This document shows, piece after piece, positions 28,570 to 38,510 of a stretch of 64,000 nt of DNA. The position numbers were made by a program, and so were the translations under genes. This DNA is from an uncultured Gemmatimonadales bacterium (lineage in GTDB: Bacteria > Gemmatimonadota > Gemmatimonadetes > Longimicrobiales > RSA9). The stretch covers positions 160,001 to 224,000 of the forward strand of contig CAWAMW010000007.1 in NCBI GenBank assembly GCA_963783305.1, given 5' to 3'. How positions within the stretch are numbered: the stretch's first letter is position 1; the number at the start of each line of letters is the position of its first letter. A model generated the notes under the pieces. The model was given only the letters and a program-made list of their open reading frames with translations, did not search any database and was not told where the DNA came from.

Positions 28570-31010
28570 ACGTCAGCTATCGCTGGCTGAAGGAGATCGC
28601 GCCGTCGATCGACGAGGACCCCGAATCGCTGGCCGAGTCTCTCGGCATGCTGGGCGCTCCCGTGGAGGAGCTGGTGCGCCCCGGGGCCGGACTCGGCGAT
28701 ATCGTCATCGCGCAAGTCCTGAAGCGTATCGACCACCCCAATGCCGACCGGCTGTCCCTTTGTGAGGTGGACGCGGGTGGTGAGACGCTGCAGGTGGTGT
28801 GCGGCGCTCCCGTCATCGTGGAAGGCGGGCTTTACCCGTTCGCCCCCGTGGGGGCGACGCTCCCGGGTGGAATGCAGATCCGGAAAGCCAAGATCCGGGG
28901 CGAGTACAGCCAGGGGATGCTCTGTAGCGAGCAGGAGCTCGGGCTCGGTCGCGACTCCGGTGGCATCATGCGTCTGGCCGATGGCTACGAGGTGGGTGCG
29001 GGGTTCGTGGGAGCGCTCGCGCTCGATGACGCGCGGCTCACACTGGAGATCACGCCCAATCGGCCGGACCTTCTCTCGCACCTCGGCGTGGCCCGCGAGC
29101 TTGCGCCCGACGGGAACGCCGGGCTCCATCTCCCGCCCTTCCCGGCTCGGGGCTCGGAGGAGCGAACCGACGCCACGCTCCCGCACCTGGCGCTTCGTCG
29201 GGAGGCGCGGGAGGGCGTGCTGCAGGAGATCCGCGTGGCCATCGAGGACGCGGAGGGCTGTCCCCGCTACATCGCCGCGGTCGTCGACGGAGTCGAGATT
29301 GGCCCCTCGCCGGCCTGGTTGGCCGCACGCCTGCGGGCCATCGGGCAGCGGCCCATCAACAACGTGGTGGACGCGACGAACTACATCCTCCACGAGCTGG
29401 GACAGCCGCTCCACGCGTTCGATCTGGACACGCTCCGGGGCGGCGGCCTGATCGTCCGAAGAGCCGAAGCCGGGGAGACCATGACTACGCTGGACGACGT
29501 CGAGCGCAAGCTGACGTCGGAGATGCTCGTCATCGCCAATGGAGAGGGGGCCGTGGCCGTGGCCGGGGTCATGGGTGGTGCGGACAGTGAGGTGTCCGAA
29601 TCCACGACCCGGGTGCTGCTGGAGTGCGCCTACTTCGACCCGCGGTCCGTACGGGCGACCGCGCGCGCGCTGGGCCTGTCCACGGAGGCCAGCTACCGGT
29701 TCGAGCGCGGCACCGATCTCGAAGGTATGGAGCGCGCCGCCCACCGGGCCGTGGAGCTCATTCTGGCGGTGGCGGGAGGCCGCGTCGAAGAGGAAGCGGT
29801 GGATCTGTACCCGTCGCCGGAGGACGCACAGCACGTGGCCGTTCGCCCGAGCCGCGTGCGGCAGGTTTTGGGGGAGCCGGTGGATGCCGACGACATCGAG
29901 GCGCTCCTCCAGCAGCTGGGGTTCGAGTTGCACGAGCGCACCGAAGAGGCGCTGACCTTCCGTGTGCCCGGCTATCGTCGGCACGACGTGAGCCGCGAGA
30001 TCGACCTCATCGAGGAAGTGGCCCGTCGCTACGGCTACGACCGTCTGGATGACCGACTGCGTCCTTACCGCCCCACCCGCGTTCAGGACGCGCCCCTCTC
30101 GGCGCTCGAGGACCGACTGCGCGGGTTCTTCGCTGCACAGGGGCTCCTCGAGAATCGCAGCATTTCCATGGCTCCCGAGGGCGCGGGAGAAGTCCCGCTC
30201 CTCCGCCCTCTCTCCGCCGACGAGGGCTTCCTCCGCTCCACCCTGGCCCACGGACTGCTGCGGTCGATGGAGCTGAACATGGCGCGCGGGGTCCGCGACG
30301 TTCGCCTGTTCGAGATCGGCACCATCTTCCAGGCCGGCGAACCGGGGGAGCGGCCTCTGGAGCAGAGCCGGGCCGCCGCCGTGCTCACCGGCGCCTCCCG
30401 TCCTCCGCACTGGATGGGTGAGGCCGCGGACTGGGAGCTGTGGGACGTGCGCGGCCTGGCCGAAGCACTTGCGCGGATGCTGGACCGGCAGGACGGCGAG
30501 GTCCGCCCCCTGGAGGGGGATTCCGGGGACCTGGCTCTCCCCGACCTCTACCGGGCCGGTACCGCACTGGAGATCCGCGCCTGTGGCGAGCGCGTCGGGA
30601 TCGCCGGGGAAGTGGCGACGGCGGCGGTGGACGCACCGGCCTGGGCCGGGCCGGCGTTCGCCCTCGAAGTCAGGCTGACGGAAGCGATGGCGGAGCGGCG
30701 GCGACCCACACTGATGCCGGTCCCGACGCAGCCGGCGAGTGACCGGGACCTGGCGCTGATCGTGCCGGAGACCCTGCCCGCGGCGGAGCTGGCGGAGACC
30801 ATCCACGCGTCAGCGGGGGAGCTGCTGGAGGCGCTGGAGATCTTCGACGTCTATGCCGGCACGGGCGTGCCCGCGGGGCACCGGAGCATCGCCTACCGAC
30901 TGGTCTTCCGTCACCCGGAGCGTACCTTGAAGGACGCGGAGGTCGACCGCGCGGTCGAGCGGGTCCTGGAGAAGGTGAGGGACGTCCACGGTGTCGAGCG
31001 TAGAGGCTGA
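28566..31010 (+). CDS. pheT: Phenylalanine--tRNA ligase beta subunit
   Basis: HPNADRL, VVCGAP, SQGMLCS, ITPNRPD, DLIEEVAR, C-terminal FDX-ACB. Confidence 0.96.
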   Translation: MNVSYRWLKEIAPSIDEDPESLAESLGMLGAPVEELVRPGAGLGDIVIAQVLKRIDHPNADRLSLCEVDAGGETLQVVCGAPVIVEGGLYPFAPVGATLPGGMQIRKAKIRGEYSQGMLCSEQELGLGRDSGGIMRLADGYEVGAGFVGALALDDARLTLEITPNRPDLLSHLGVARELAPDGNAGLHLPPFPARGSEERTDATLPHLALRREAREGVLQEIRVAIEDAEGCPRYIAAVVDGVEIGPSPAWLAARLRAIGQRPINNVVDATNYILHELGQPLHAFDLDTLRGGGLIVRRAEAGETMTTLDDVERKLTSEMLVIANGEGAVAVAGVMGGADSEVSESTTRVLLECAYFDPRSVRATARALGLSTEASYRFERGTDLEGMERAAHRAVELILAVAGGRVEEEAVDLYPSPEDAQHVAVRPSRVRQVLGEPVDADDIEALLQQLGFELHERTEEALTFRVPGYRRHDVSREIDLIEEVARRYGYDRLDDRLRPYRPTRVQDAPLSALEDRLRGFFAAQGLLENRSISMAPEGAGEVPLLRPLSADEGFLRSTLAHGLLRSMELNMARGVRDVRLFEIGTIFQAGEPGERPLEQSRAAAVLTGASRPPHWMGEAADWELWDVRGLAEALARMLDRQDGEVRPLEGDSGDLALPDLYRAGTALEIRACGERVGIAGEVATAAVDAPAWAGPAFALEVRLTEAMAERRRPTLMPVPTQPASDRDLALIVPETLPAAELAETIHASAGELLEALEIFDVYAGTGVPAGHRSIAYRLVFRHPERTLKDAEVDRAVERVLEKVRDVHGVERRG

Positions 31011-31317
31011 TACGGAGCGGGCGAGTGAGGGCCGCTCGCTGCCGGAGGAGTATGGGCGGCTGGAGCGTGCGGTTCGTCGCCTGCTCGACGAGGCAGCCGG
31101 GTACAGGGCGCGGGCGCAGGTGGCGGAAGAGCGCGCGACGCAGCTGGAGCACACGTTGCGGGATCTCTCCAGCGGTGTGCTCGACCCGGTGAAGCTGAAG
31201 GACGCACTCCGGCAGATGGAGGAGGAGAACCAGGAGCTTCGGCGCCGGCTCGTCGGCGCCCAGGATCGGATCCGGCGCCTGATCGCGCGCTTCGACTTCC
31301 TGCGTGAGGAGATGTGA
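30991..31317 (+). CDS. Coiled-coil protein (ZapB-like)
   Basis: All-helical heptad pattern; position between pheT and zapA. Confidence 0.65.
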   Translation: MSSVEADTERASEGRSLPEEYGRLERAVRRLLDEAAGYRARAQVAEERATQLEHTLRDLSSGVLDPVKLKDALRQMEEENQELRRRLVGAQDRIRRLIARFDFLREEM

Positions 31318-31631
31318 TGGCGGACGAACGGACGATCACGACCGTGACGATCGCGGGCGAGGAGTACGCGATCCGGTCGGAGGCCTCGGAGGACTACACG
31401 CGCGAGTGCGCCCGGCACGTGAACCGCACCATCGACCAGATCATGTCGCGGGGAAGGCTCGTCGAGGCCCACAAAGCCGCCATCCTGGCCGCCCTCGCGC
31501 TTGCCGACCAGCTGTTCCAGGCGCGGAAGGAAACCGAGGCAGTCCGCCACGCGGTGACGGAGCGATCCTCGCGGCTGCTCTCAGAAATCGACGAGAAGCT
31601 GCCCGCGTCCGGCCTTGCATCGGCCGACTGA
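31314..31631 (+). CDS. zapA: Cell division protein ZapA
   Basis: VTIAGEEYAIR, AAILAALALADQL; typical pheT-zapA-rny context. Confidence 0.85.
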   Translation: MMADERTITTVTIAGEEYAIRSEASEDYTRECARHVNRTIDQIMSRGRLVEAHKAAILAALALADQLFQARKETEAVRHAVTERSSRLLSEIDEKLPASGLASAD

Positions 31632-31741
31632 CCTGACCTAGCTTTCCGGACTGGCAGTGGGTCTGCCGGTCCCCGGCGTTCGCCGGCGAATGCTATGCTT
31701 TGCCTTCCAAGGCGCCCCGCGTCTTTGCTGGAGTCATCCAT

Positions 31742-33298
31742 ATGAACAACCTCATCGTGGTGGCGATCCTCGCTGCCGCTGGCGGCCTCGTGCTCGGCTG
31801 GCTGGGGGAGCGCATGCGATTGCGCGCCGCCCGCGCCGGCGCCGAGGACGAGGCGCAGCGAATCCGGCGGGCGGCCGAGGAGGATGCCGAGCGCGCCCGG
31901 AAGGCCGCGGAGCTGGAAGGCCGTGAGGCCGCCGTACACAATCGCGAGGAGTGGGAGCGCGAGGAGGGCCGGCGCCGAGAGGAGATGGAGCGATCTGAGG
32001 CACGGCTGGATGAGCGCAGGGCGACGCTGGACCGCAAGGACGACCTGATGGACGAGAAGGAGCGCGCCCTGGAAGAACGCGATCAGGCGCTCCAGGGGCG
32101 GGCGGCCGAGGTCGCCGCATCCGAGGACGAGCTTCGGTCGCGTCAGGACGAGGCGCGCAGACGGCTGGAAGCGCTGGCGGGGATGTCGGCCGAAAGCGCG
32201 CGCAAGGAGCTCATCAGCAATCTCGAGGACGAGGCGCGAGCGGAGGCCGCGAACACCCTGCGCTCCATCAAGGAGACGGCCACCCGGGACGCCGACCGCG
32301 AGGCCAAGAACATCATTGGCCAGGCCATTCAGCGCGTCGCCGCCGATCACACGGCGGAGAGCGTGGTGTCGGTCGTGACCCTCCCGTCCGACGAGATGAA
32401 GGGCCGGATCATCGGCCGCGAGGGACGCAACATCCGCGCATTCGAGCAGGAGACCGGCGTGGACGTCGTCATCGACGATACGCCCGAGGCCGTGGTCCTC
32501 TCGGCCTTCGACCCGGTCCGTCGTGAGGTCGCCCGGATCTCGCTGGAAAAGCTGGTGGCGGACGGCCGCATCCACCCCGGTCGCATCGAGGAGGTGGTGG
32601 CGCAGAGCCGGACGGAGGTGGAAGAGGGGATGGTGCGGGCTGCCGAGGAGGTCCTCTACGACCTGGGGATCCACGGCGTCGCGCCCGAGATCACGCGGGT
32701 CCTCGGCCGGCTGAAGTTCAGGACCTCCTACGGCCAGAACCAGCTGTTACATTCCAAGGAGGTGGCGGTGCTGGCGGGAAACATGGCGCTGGAGATGGAC
32801 CTGGACGCCGCCATGGCCCGCCGGATGGGACTGCTGCACGATGTGGGGAAGGGGCTGACGCACGAGCACGAAGGCACGCACGTGGAGCTCGGCTACGACC
32901 TGTGCAAGCGGTACGGTGAGGGGGACATGGTGCTGAACGCCATCAAGGCGCACCACGACGAGGAGCCCCATCGTTACCCGGAAACCTTCCTCGTCACGGC
33001 CGGTGACGCCATCAGCGGGGCTCGCCCCGGCGCCCGGCGGGAGATGTTCGAGACGTACGTCAAGCGTCTCGAGAAGCTGGAAGGGATCGCCCAGGGCTTC
33101 GATGGGGTGGAGCGCTGCTACGCGATCCAGGCGGGGCGGGAGATCCGGGTCATGGTGGATCCGGAGAAAGCCCGCGACACCGACATGGCGCAGTTGAGCG
33201 AGAAGATCGCGCGTACTCTGGAGGAAGAGCTCCAGTACCCAGGCCAGATCAAGGTCGTGGTCATTCGGGAGACACGCGCGGTGGATTTCGCACGCTGA
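31742..33298 (+). CDS. rny: Ribonuclease Y
   Basis: N-terminal TM, coiled coil, KH (MKGRIIGREGRNIR), HD (LLHDVGK), YAIQAGREIR, LQYPGQIKV. Confidence 0.96.
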   Translation: MNNLIVVAILAAAGGLVLGWLGERMRLRAARAGAEDEAQRIRRAAEEDAERARKAAELEGREAAVHNREEWEREEGRRREEMERSEARLDERRATLDRKDDLMDEKERALEERDQALQGRAAEVAASEDELRSRQDEARRRLEALAGMSAESARKELISNLEDEARAEAANTLRSIKETATRDADREAKNIIGQAIQRVAADHTAESVVSVVTLPSDEMKGRIIGREGRNIRAFEQETGVDVVIDDTPEAVVLSAFDPVRREVARISLEKLVADGRIHPGRIEEVVAQSRTEVEEGMVRAAEEVLYDLGIHGVAPEITRVLGRLKFRTSYGQNQLLHSKEVAVLAGNMALEMDLDAAMARRMGLLHDVGKGLTHEHEGTHVELGYDLCKRYGEGDMVLNAIKAHHDEEPHRYPETFLVTAGDAISGARPGARREMFETYVKRLEKLEGIAQGFDGVERCYAIQAGREIRVMVDPEKARDTDMAQLSEKIARTLEEELQYPGQIKVVVIRETRAVDFAR

Positions 33299-33323
33299 CG
33301 CCTCAACCCGAGAGATAGAGGCA

Positions 33324-34235
33324 ATGGCCAAGATCATAGATGGCAGGGCGCTCGCGCAGGAGATACGGGAGGAAATCCGTCAGGAGGCGGAGTCCTTCCA
33401 CGGTGAGACCGGCACTCGACCGGGGCTCGCCACCGTGCTGGTGGGGGATGACCCCGCCAGCCATCAGTACGTCCGGATGAAGGGCAAGGCCGCGGACCAG
33501 GCCGGCTTCCACTCCCAGCAGATCACGCTCCCCGGCAATACGCCTCACGAGGAGCTCCTCGGCGTGGTGGAGGGACTGAACGCCGACCCGGAGATCCACG
33601 GGATCCTCGTCCAGCTCCCGCTGCCCGCTCAGATCGATGAGGACGAGATCATCGAGGCCATCGACCCCGCCAAGGACGTCGACGGGTTCCACCCGGTGAA
33701 CGTGGGCCGGCTCGCCATCGGCGATGAGGACATCCTCGCGCCCTGTACACCGGCGGGGATCGTGGAGATGCTCATTCGGTACGGCTACGATCCGGCCGGC
33801 AAGCACGTGGTGGTGGTCGGTCGGTCCAACATCGTGGGCAAGCCCCTGGCTCTCCTCCTCCTGCGGAAGGGCCGCGGCGGGAACGCGACAGTGACGATCG
33901 CCCACAGCCGCACGCCGGACCTCGGCGCGCTCACCCGCGAAGCGGACATCGTGGTGGCCGCGGTGGGCCGTCCGAACACGGTGACGCGCGACATGGTCCG
34001 GAAGGGCGTGGTGGTCATCGACGTGGGCTCCAACCGGATCGACGACCCCAGCGATGAGCGCGGGTACCGCTGGGTGGGTGATGTGGACTATGACGGCGTA
34101 TCGGAAGTGGCCGAGGCGATCACGCCGGTCCCGGGGGGCGTGGGTCCCATGACGATCACCATGCTGCTCAAGAATACGCTCGAGGCCGCCAAGCGGGCGG
34201 CTGCCGGCCGAGCGATCCAGGGCGCGGGGGCGTAG
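33324..34235 (+). CDS. folD: Methylenetetrahydrofolate dehydrogenase/cyclohydrolase
   Basis: GILVQLPLP, KDVDGFHP, PCTP, GRSNIVGKP, TPVPGGVGPMT. Confidence 0.97.
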   Translation: MAKIIDGRALAQEIREEIRQEAESFHGETGTRPGLATVLVGDDPASHQYVRMKGKAADQAGFHSQQITLPGNTPHEELLGVVEGLNADPEIHGILVQLPLPAQIDEDEIIEAIDPAKDVDGFHPVNVGRLAIGDEDILAPCTPAGIVEMLIRYGYDPAGKHVVVVGRSNIVGKPLALLLLRKGRGGNATVTIAHSRTPDLGALTREADIVVAAVGRPNTVTRDMVRKGVVVIDVGSNRIDDPSDERGYRWVGDVDYDGVSEVAEAITPVPGGVGPMTITMLLKNTLEAAKRAAAGRAIQGAGA

Positions 34236-35461
34236 TGAGCGGTACGCTGGACCTGTTCGCCGCTGCGGAAGCCGAGCGGCAGACGCGGAAGGACGCCACC
34301 GACCGCCCGTCCGGGGCCGGTGGCGAGTCCCGGGTCTCCTACAGCGTCAGCGGTCTGAACCGACTGGTCCGGGAGATCCTGGACCAGTCGCTTCCCCCCG
34401 TCTGGGTGGCCGGCGAAGTCGGAAACTGGACCCGCTCCGCTCGCGGCCACTGCTATTTCTCGCTCCGCGACTCGGACGCTCAGATCCGGTGCGTCCTCTT
34501 CTCCAGCGACGCGCGGCGTCTCCCCGCCGAGCCCGAGGAAGGGATGAGCGTGCGGGTCTTCGGGACCGTGACGCTCTACGAGCCGCGGGGCGAGTACCAG
34601 TTCACGGTGCGGGAACTGGAGGCCACGGAGGCCGGTGGGCTCTGGCGTCTCGCGTTCGAGAAGCTCCGCCTCAAGCTGGAGCGTGAGGGGCTGCTGGCGC
34701 CGGAGCGGAAACGGGCGCTGCCGCGGAGCCCGAAGCGGGTGGGCGTCGTCACCTCGCCCGTGGGCGCCGCGGTCCACGATGTGCTGCGCACGATCGAGCA
34801 GCGCGCGCCCTGGACCACGGTGGTGCTGAGCCCCACCCGCGTGCAGGGGGAGGGGGCGGAGGTGGAGATCGCCGCTGCGCTGGATCGGTTGGCCCGTCAT
34901 GGCGACGTGGACGTGATCATCATTGGGCGCGGTGGCGGCTCCGTCGAGGATCTGTGGGCGTTCAACCGGGAAGAGGTGGCGCGCGCGATTGCGTGCTGCC
35001 CGGTGCCGGTAGTGAGCGCGGTGGGTCACGAGGTGGACGTCACCATCGCCGACCTGGTGGCGGATCATCGCGCCGCCACGCCCTCGGCCGCCGCGGAGCG
35101 GGTGGTGCTGGACGGTGCGGACATCCGCAGGCACCTCCGCACGGCCGCCATCCGTCTTCGGAGCGCCACGGGGCGGGTCCTCGACAGCCGGCGCCGGGCC
35201 GTGGAAGACCTGGGCGAGGCGCTGGAATCGTGCGTCGTGGACATGATCGACTCCCGGAGTGTGCGCCTGGGACGTGCGGCGGAGAAGCTGGAGGCGCTCT
35301 CCCCGCTGGCGGCGCTCGGGCGCGGATACGCGGTGGCGCAGGGAGAGGGTGGCCGGGTGCTCCGTCGCGTGGGCGACTTCAGAACGGGCTCGCGGGTTCA
35401 CCTGCGGGTGGTGGATGGGCGCGTGGAGTGTGTGGTGAACGGAACGGAGAGGGATGACTGA
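34235..35461 (+). CDS. xseA: Exodeoxyribonuclease VII large subunit
   Basis: GHCYFSLRD, RGGGSVEDLWAFN, SAVGHEVD, TPSAAAE. Confidence 0.95.
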   Translation: MSGTLDLFAAAEAERQTRKDATDRPSGAGGESRVSYSVSGLNRLVREILDQSLPPVWVAGEVGNWTRSARGHCYFSLRDSDAQIRCVLFSSDARRLPAEPEEGMSVRVFGTVTLYEPRGEYQFTVRELEATEAGGLWRLAFEKLRLKLEREGLLAPERKRALPRSPKRVGVVTSPVGAAVHDVLRTIEQRAPWTTVVLSPTRVQGEGAEVEIAAALDRLARHGDVDVIIIGRGGGSVEDLWAFNREEVARAIACCPVPVVSAVGHEVDVTIADLVADHRAATPSAAAERVVLDGADIRRHLRTAAIRLRSATGRVLDSRRRAVEDLGEALESCVVDMIDSRSVRLGRAAEKLEALSPLAALGRGYAVAQGEGGRVLRRVGDFRTGSRVHLRVVDGRVECVVNGTERDD

Positions 35462-35687
35462 GCCGCAGGAAGGACTGGAAGACCGGCTGGGCAAGCTGGA
35501 GTCCATCGTGGACCGGCTGGAGCGCGACGAGCTCGAGCTGCAGGAGGCGCTGGATCTGTTCGAGGAAGGGATCACGCACGTCCGTGAGGCCCACCGGGTG
35601 CTGGAAGGGAGCAAGCTGCGCGTGGAGAAGCTGGTGGTGGAGCTGGATGGCTCCACCACCCTGGAGCACCAGTCGCCGGACGAATGA
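35454..35687 (+). CDS. xseB: Exodeoxyribonuclease VII small subunit
   Basis: LESIVDRLE..L..AL..FEEG; follows xseA. Confidence 0.92.
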   Translation: MTEPQEGLEDRLGKLESIVDRLERDELELQEALDLFEEGITHVREAHRVLEGSKLRVEKLVVELDGSTTLEHQSPDE

Positions 35688-36592
35688 CGGCGCTCCTGCT
35701 TGAGTCCTTTCTCGATCGGGAGCGGGAGCGGGTCGACCACGCGCTCGCGGGAGCGGTGGACGTCCCTCACGCCGGCGGAGCCGTGGAGGCTGTCGCCGGC
35801 GCGGTGCGATACGCGGTCGGCGCGGGTGGGAAGCGTCTTCGCCCGATCCTGTGTGTGGCGGCCTACCGGGCTTTCCACGACCGCGTGCCACCGGCGCTCT
35901 ACCGCCTCGCGGCCTCTCTCGAGCTGATCCACACCTACTCGCTGGTCCACGACGACCTGCCGAGCATGGATGACGACGACATGCGTCGCGGGCGTCCGGC
36001 CACGCACATCGCCCATGGCGTGGCCACCGCCACCGTGGCCGGGGCTGCGCTCATCCCGGCTGCCGCGCGACTGGTCAGCGCGGCTGGAAAGGAGCTCGGC
36101 CTCGCCGATGACCGCAGAGCGGACCTGGTGCGGACGCTGTGTCGAGCCGCGGGGGGCGGCGGGATGGTGGGGGGACAGCTCCTGGATCTGAGCGCGGAAG
36201 GGCGCGCGGTAACGTTGCCGGAGCTCGAGCGGATCCACGCCATGAAGACGGGCGCATTGCTCGCGGCCGCCCCCGTTCTCGGTGGCATGGCCGCCGGCGC
36301 GGACCGCGTAGCTCTGGACGCGCTGGCCGTCTACGGCGCTGGCCTGGGTCTGGCGTTCCAGGTGACGGATGATATTCTGGACGTGACCGGCAGCAGCCAC
36401 CGCCTCGGCAAAACGGCGGGCCGCGACACGCAGCTGGAGAAGGCGACGTATCCCGCGCTGGCGGGCCTCGAAGAGGCGCGGCGACGGGCGAAGCGGGAGG
36501 TGGAGGTGGCGCTGGCGGCGCTGGATGCCGCCAGGCTGGAGTCGGAGGAACTCAGGGCGCTGGGCCGGTACGCGGTCGAGCGGGATCGTTGA
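35684..36592 (+). CDS. ispA: Polyprenyl (farnesyl/geranylgeranyl) diphosphate synthase
   Basis: GGKRLRP, HDDLPSMDDDDMRRG, GQ..D, KTGAL, FQVTDDILD. Confidence 0.93.
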   Translation: MTALLLESFLDRERERVDHALAGAVDVPHAGGAVEAVAGAVRYAVGAGGKRLRPILCVAAYRAFHDRVPPALYRLAASLELIHTYSLVHDDLPSMDDDDMRRGRPATHIAHGVATATVAGAALIPAAARLVSAAGKELGLADDRRADLVRTLCRAAGGGGMVGGQLLDLSAEGRAVTLPELERIHAMKTGALLAAAPVLGGMAAGADRVALDALAVYGAGLGLAFQVTDDILDVTGSSHRLGKTAGRDTQLEKATYPALAGLEEARRRAKREVEVALAALDAARLESEELRALGRYAVERDR

Positions 36593-36608
36593 TGCAGGGG
36601 AGGACTAC

Positions 36609-38510
36609 GTGTCGTTGCTCGAGCAGATAACGTCGCCGGCGGACGTCCGGCGGCTGGACTCGTCGCAGCTGGACGAGCTGGCGGTGGATGTGCGGCAGCG
36701 GCTGGTGGACGTCATCAGCAAGCTCGGCGGCCATTTCGCCCCGGGTCTCGGGGTGGTGGAGCTGACCATCGCCCTCCACTACGTCTTCAACACGCCCACC
36801 GACCGGTTGGTGTGGGACGTGGGCCACCAGGGCTATCCGCACAAGATCCTGACGGGACGAAACGAGCGCTTTCCCACGATCCGGCAGAAGGACGGGCTCT
36901 CCGGCTTTCTCAAGCGAGAGGAGTCGGAATACGACAGCTTCGGCGCCGGCCACGCGGCCACGTCCATCTCCGCTGCGTACGGCATGGCAACGGCCCGCGA
37001 CCTCAGCGGCAAGCACAACAAGGTGGTGGCGATCATCGGCGATGGCTCGCTCACGAGCGGGATCGCCTACGAGGCGCTGAACAACGCCGGCCACAGCGAG
37101 CGCGACCTCATTGTCATTCTGAACGACAACGAGATGTCGATCGCCCCCAACGTGGGGGCCATGAACAAGTACCTCACCAAGCTCCGGACCAGCCCGGTCT
37201 ACAACCGACTCCGCGAGGAGGTGAAAGGCATCATCCACCGGCTTCCTGTCCCCATGGAGCATCTGGCGGTCAGGCTGGATGACAGCTTGAAGAACATGGT
37301 GGTGCCGGGCATGGTCTTCGAGGACCTCGGCTTCCGGTACGTCGGACCGATCGATGGTCACGACACGGACGAACTCGTCGAGACCCTCTTGAACGTGAGG
37401 GACATGCAGGGCCCGCGCGTCGTGCACGTCCTCACGCAGAAGGGGAAGGGCTACCCCCAGGCGGAGGAGGACCCGGTTGGCTGGCACGGCGCCAAGCCGT
37501 TCGACAAGATCAGCGGTGAGATCCACAAGAAGAAGGCCGGGCTCCCGGCCTACACCAGTGTGTTCGGCCGCGGCCTGGTGGAGCTGGGCGCGCGGGACGA
37601 GCGGGTGACCGTGATCACCGCGGCCATGCCGGACGGGACGGGGACTGGCGCTTTCGCAAAGGCGTATCCCGACCGATTCTTCGACGTGGGGATCGCCGAA
37701 GGGCACGGTGTGACCTTCGCCACGGGAATGGCAGCGGAGGGGATGCGGCCGGTGGCGGCCATCTACTCGACGTTCCTCCAGCGCGCCTACGACTCCATCA
37801 TCCACGATGCCGCTATCCAGAAGCTGCCGGTCGTGTTTGCCATGGACCGTGCGGGCCTGGTCGGCAACGACGGTCCCACACACATGGGACTCTACGACAT
37901 CCCATACCTTCTGACGGTGCCGAACACGGTGATCACCGCACCCAAGGACGGCGCGGAGATGCTGGCGCTGCTCCGGCTTGGAGTGCGGGAAGCCCATGGT
38001 CCATTCACGCTCCGCTACCCCCGCGACGCGGTGCCCACGGACGTCCCGGCGCTGGATGAGATCCCGGAGATCGAGATGGGCAGCTGGGAGGTGCTCCGGG
38101 AGGGCTCGGACGTGGCGCTCCTGGCTACCGGTACCATGGTCCTGCCGGCCGTGGCGGCCGCCGACCTCCTGCTAGAGCAGGGCGTGCGGGCCACGGTGGT
38201 GAACTGTCGTTTCATAAAGCCCATGGACGAGAAGGTGCTGGAATGGGCCCTCTCCTCCCACCGCACCATCCTGACCGTGGAGGAGGGGGTGGCACTCAAC
38301 GGGTTCGGGTCCTGCGTCGCCGCGCGCGCCTCCGATCGGGATTCCGGTGACCGGCCGCGCGTCCGGACGCTGGGAGTGCCCGACCGCCTCATCGACCACG
38401 CGTCGCGCGCCCAGCAGCTCGAGGAAGTGGGGCTGACGCCCGAGGGGATCGCCGCGACAGCCCGTGAGCTCGCGCCGCTCGGCGTGGCCGACGGTCGCGA
38501 AACCGCATGA
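36609..38510 (+). CDS. dxs: 1-deoxy-D-xylulose-5-phosphate synthase
   Basis: WDVGHQGYPHKILTGR, GDG..EALNN, DVGIAE, IYSTFLQRAYD; GTG start after GGGGAGG. Confidence 0.97.
   Translation: MSLLEQITSPADVRRLDSSQLDELAVDVRQRLVDVISKLGGHFAPGLGVVELTIALHYVFNTPTDRLVWDVGHQGYPHKILTGRNERFPTIRQKDGLSGFLKREESEYDSFGAGHAATSISAAYGMATARDLSGKHNKVVAIIGDGSLTSGIAYEALNNAGHSERDLIVILNDNEMSIAPNVGAMNKYLTKLRTSPVYNRLREEVKGIIHRLPVPMEHLAVRLDDSLKNMVVPGMVFEDLGFRYVGPIDGHDTDELVETLLNVRDMQGPRVVHVLTQKGKGYPQAEEDPVGWHGAKPFDKISGEIHKKKAGLPAYTSVFGRGLVELGARDERVTVITAAMPDGTGTGAFAKAYPDRFFDVGIAEGHGVTFATGMAAEGMRPVAAIYSTFLQRAYDSIIHDAAIQKLPVVFAMDRAGLVGNDGPTHMGLYDIPYLLTVPNTVITAPKDGAEMLALLRLGVREAHGPFTLRYPRDAVPTDVPALDEIPEIEMGSWEVLREGSDVALLATGTMVLPAVAAADLLLEQGVRATVVNCRFIKPMDEKVLEWALSSHRTILTVEEGVALNGFGSCVAARASDRDSGDRPRVRTLGVPDRLIDHASRAQQLEEVGLTPEGIAATARELAPLGVADGRETA

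Noticed and set aside
31632..31741. Canonical 6S RNA after zapA
   Set aside because: The gap is too short (about 110 nt) and no long rod with a central bubble is visible. Kept only as a low-interest finding.
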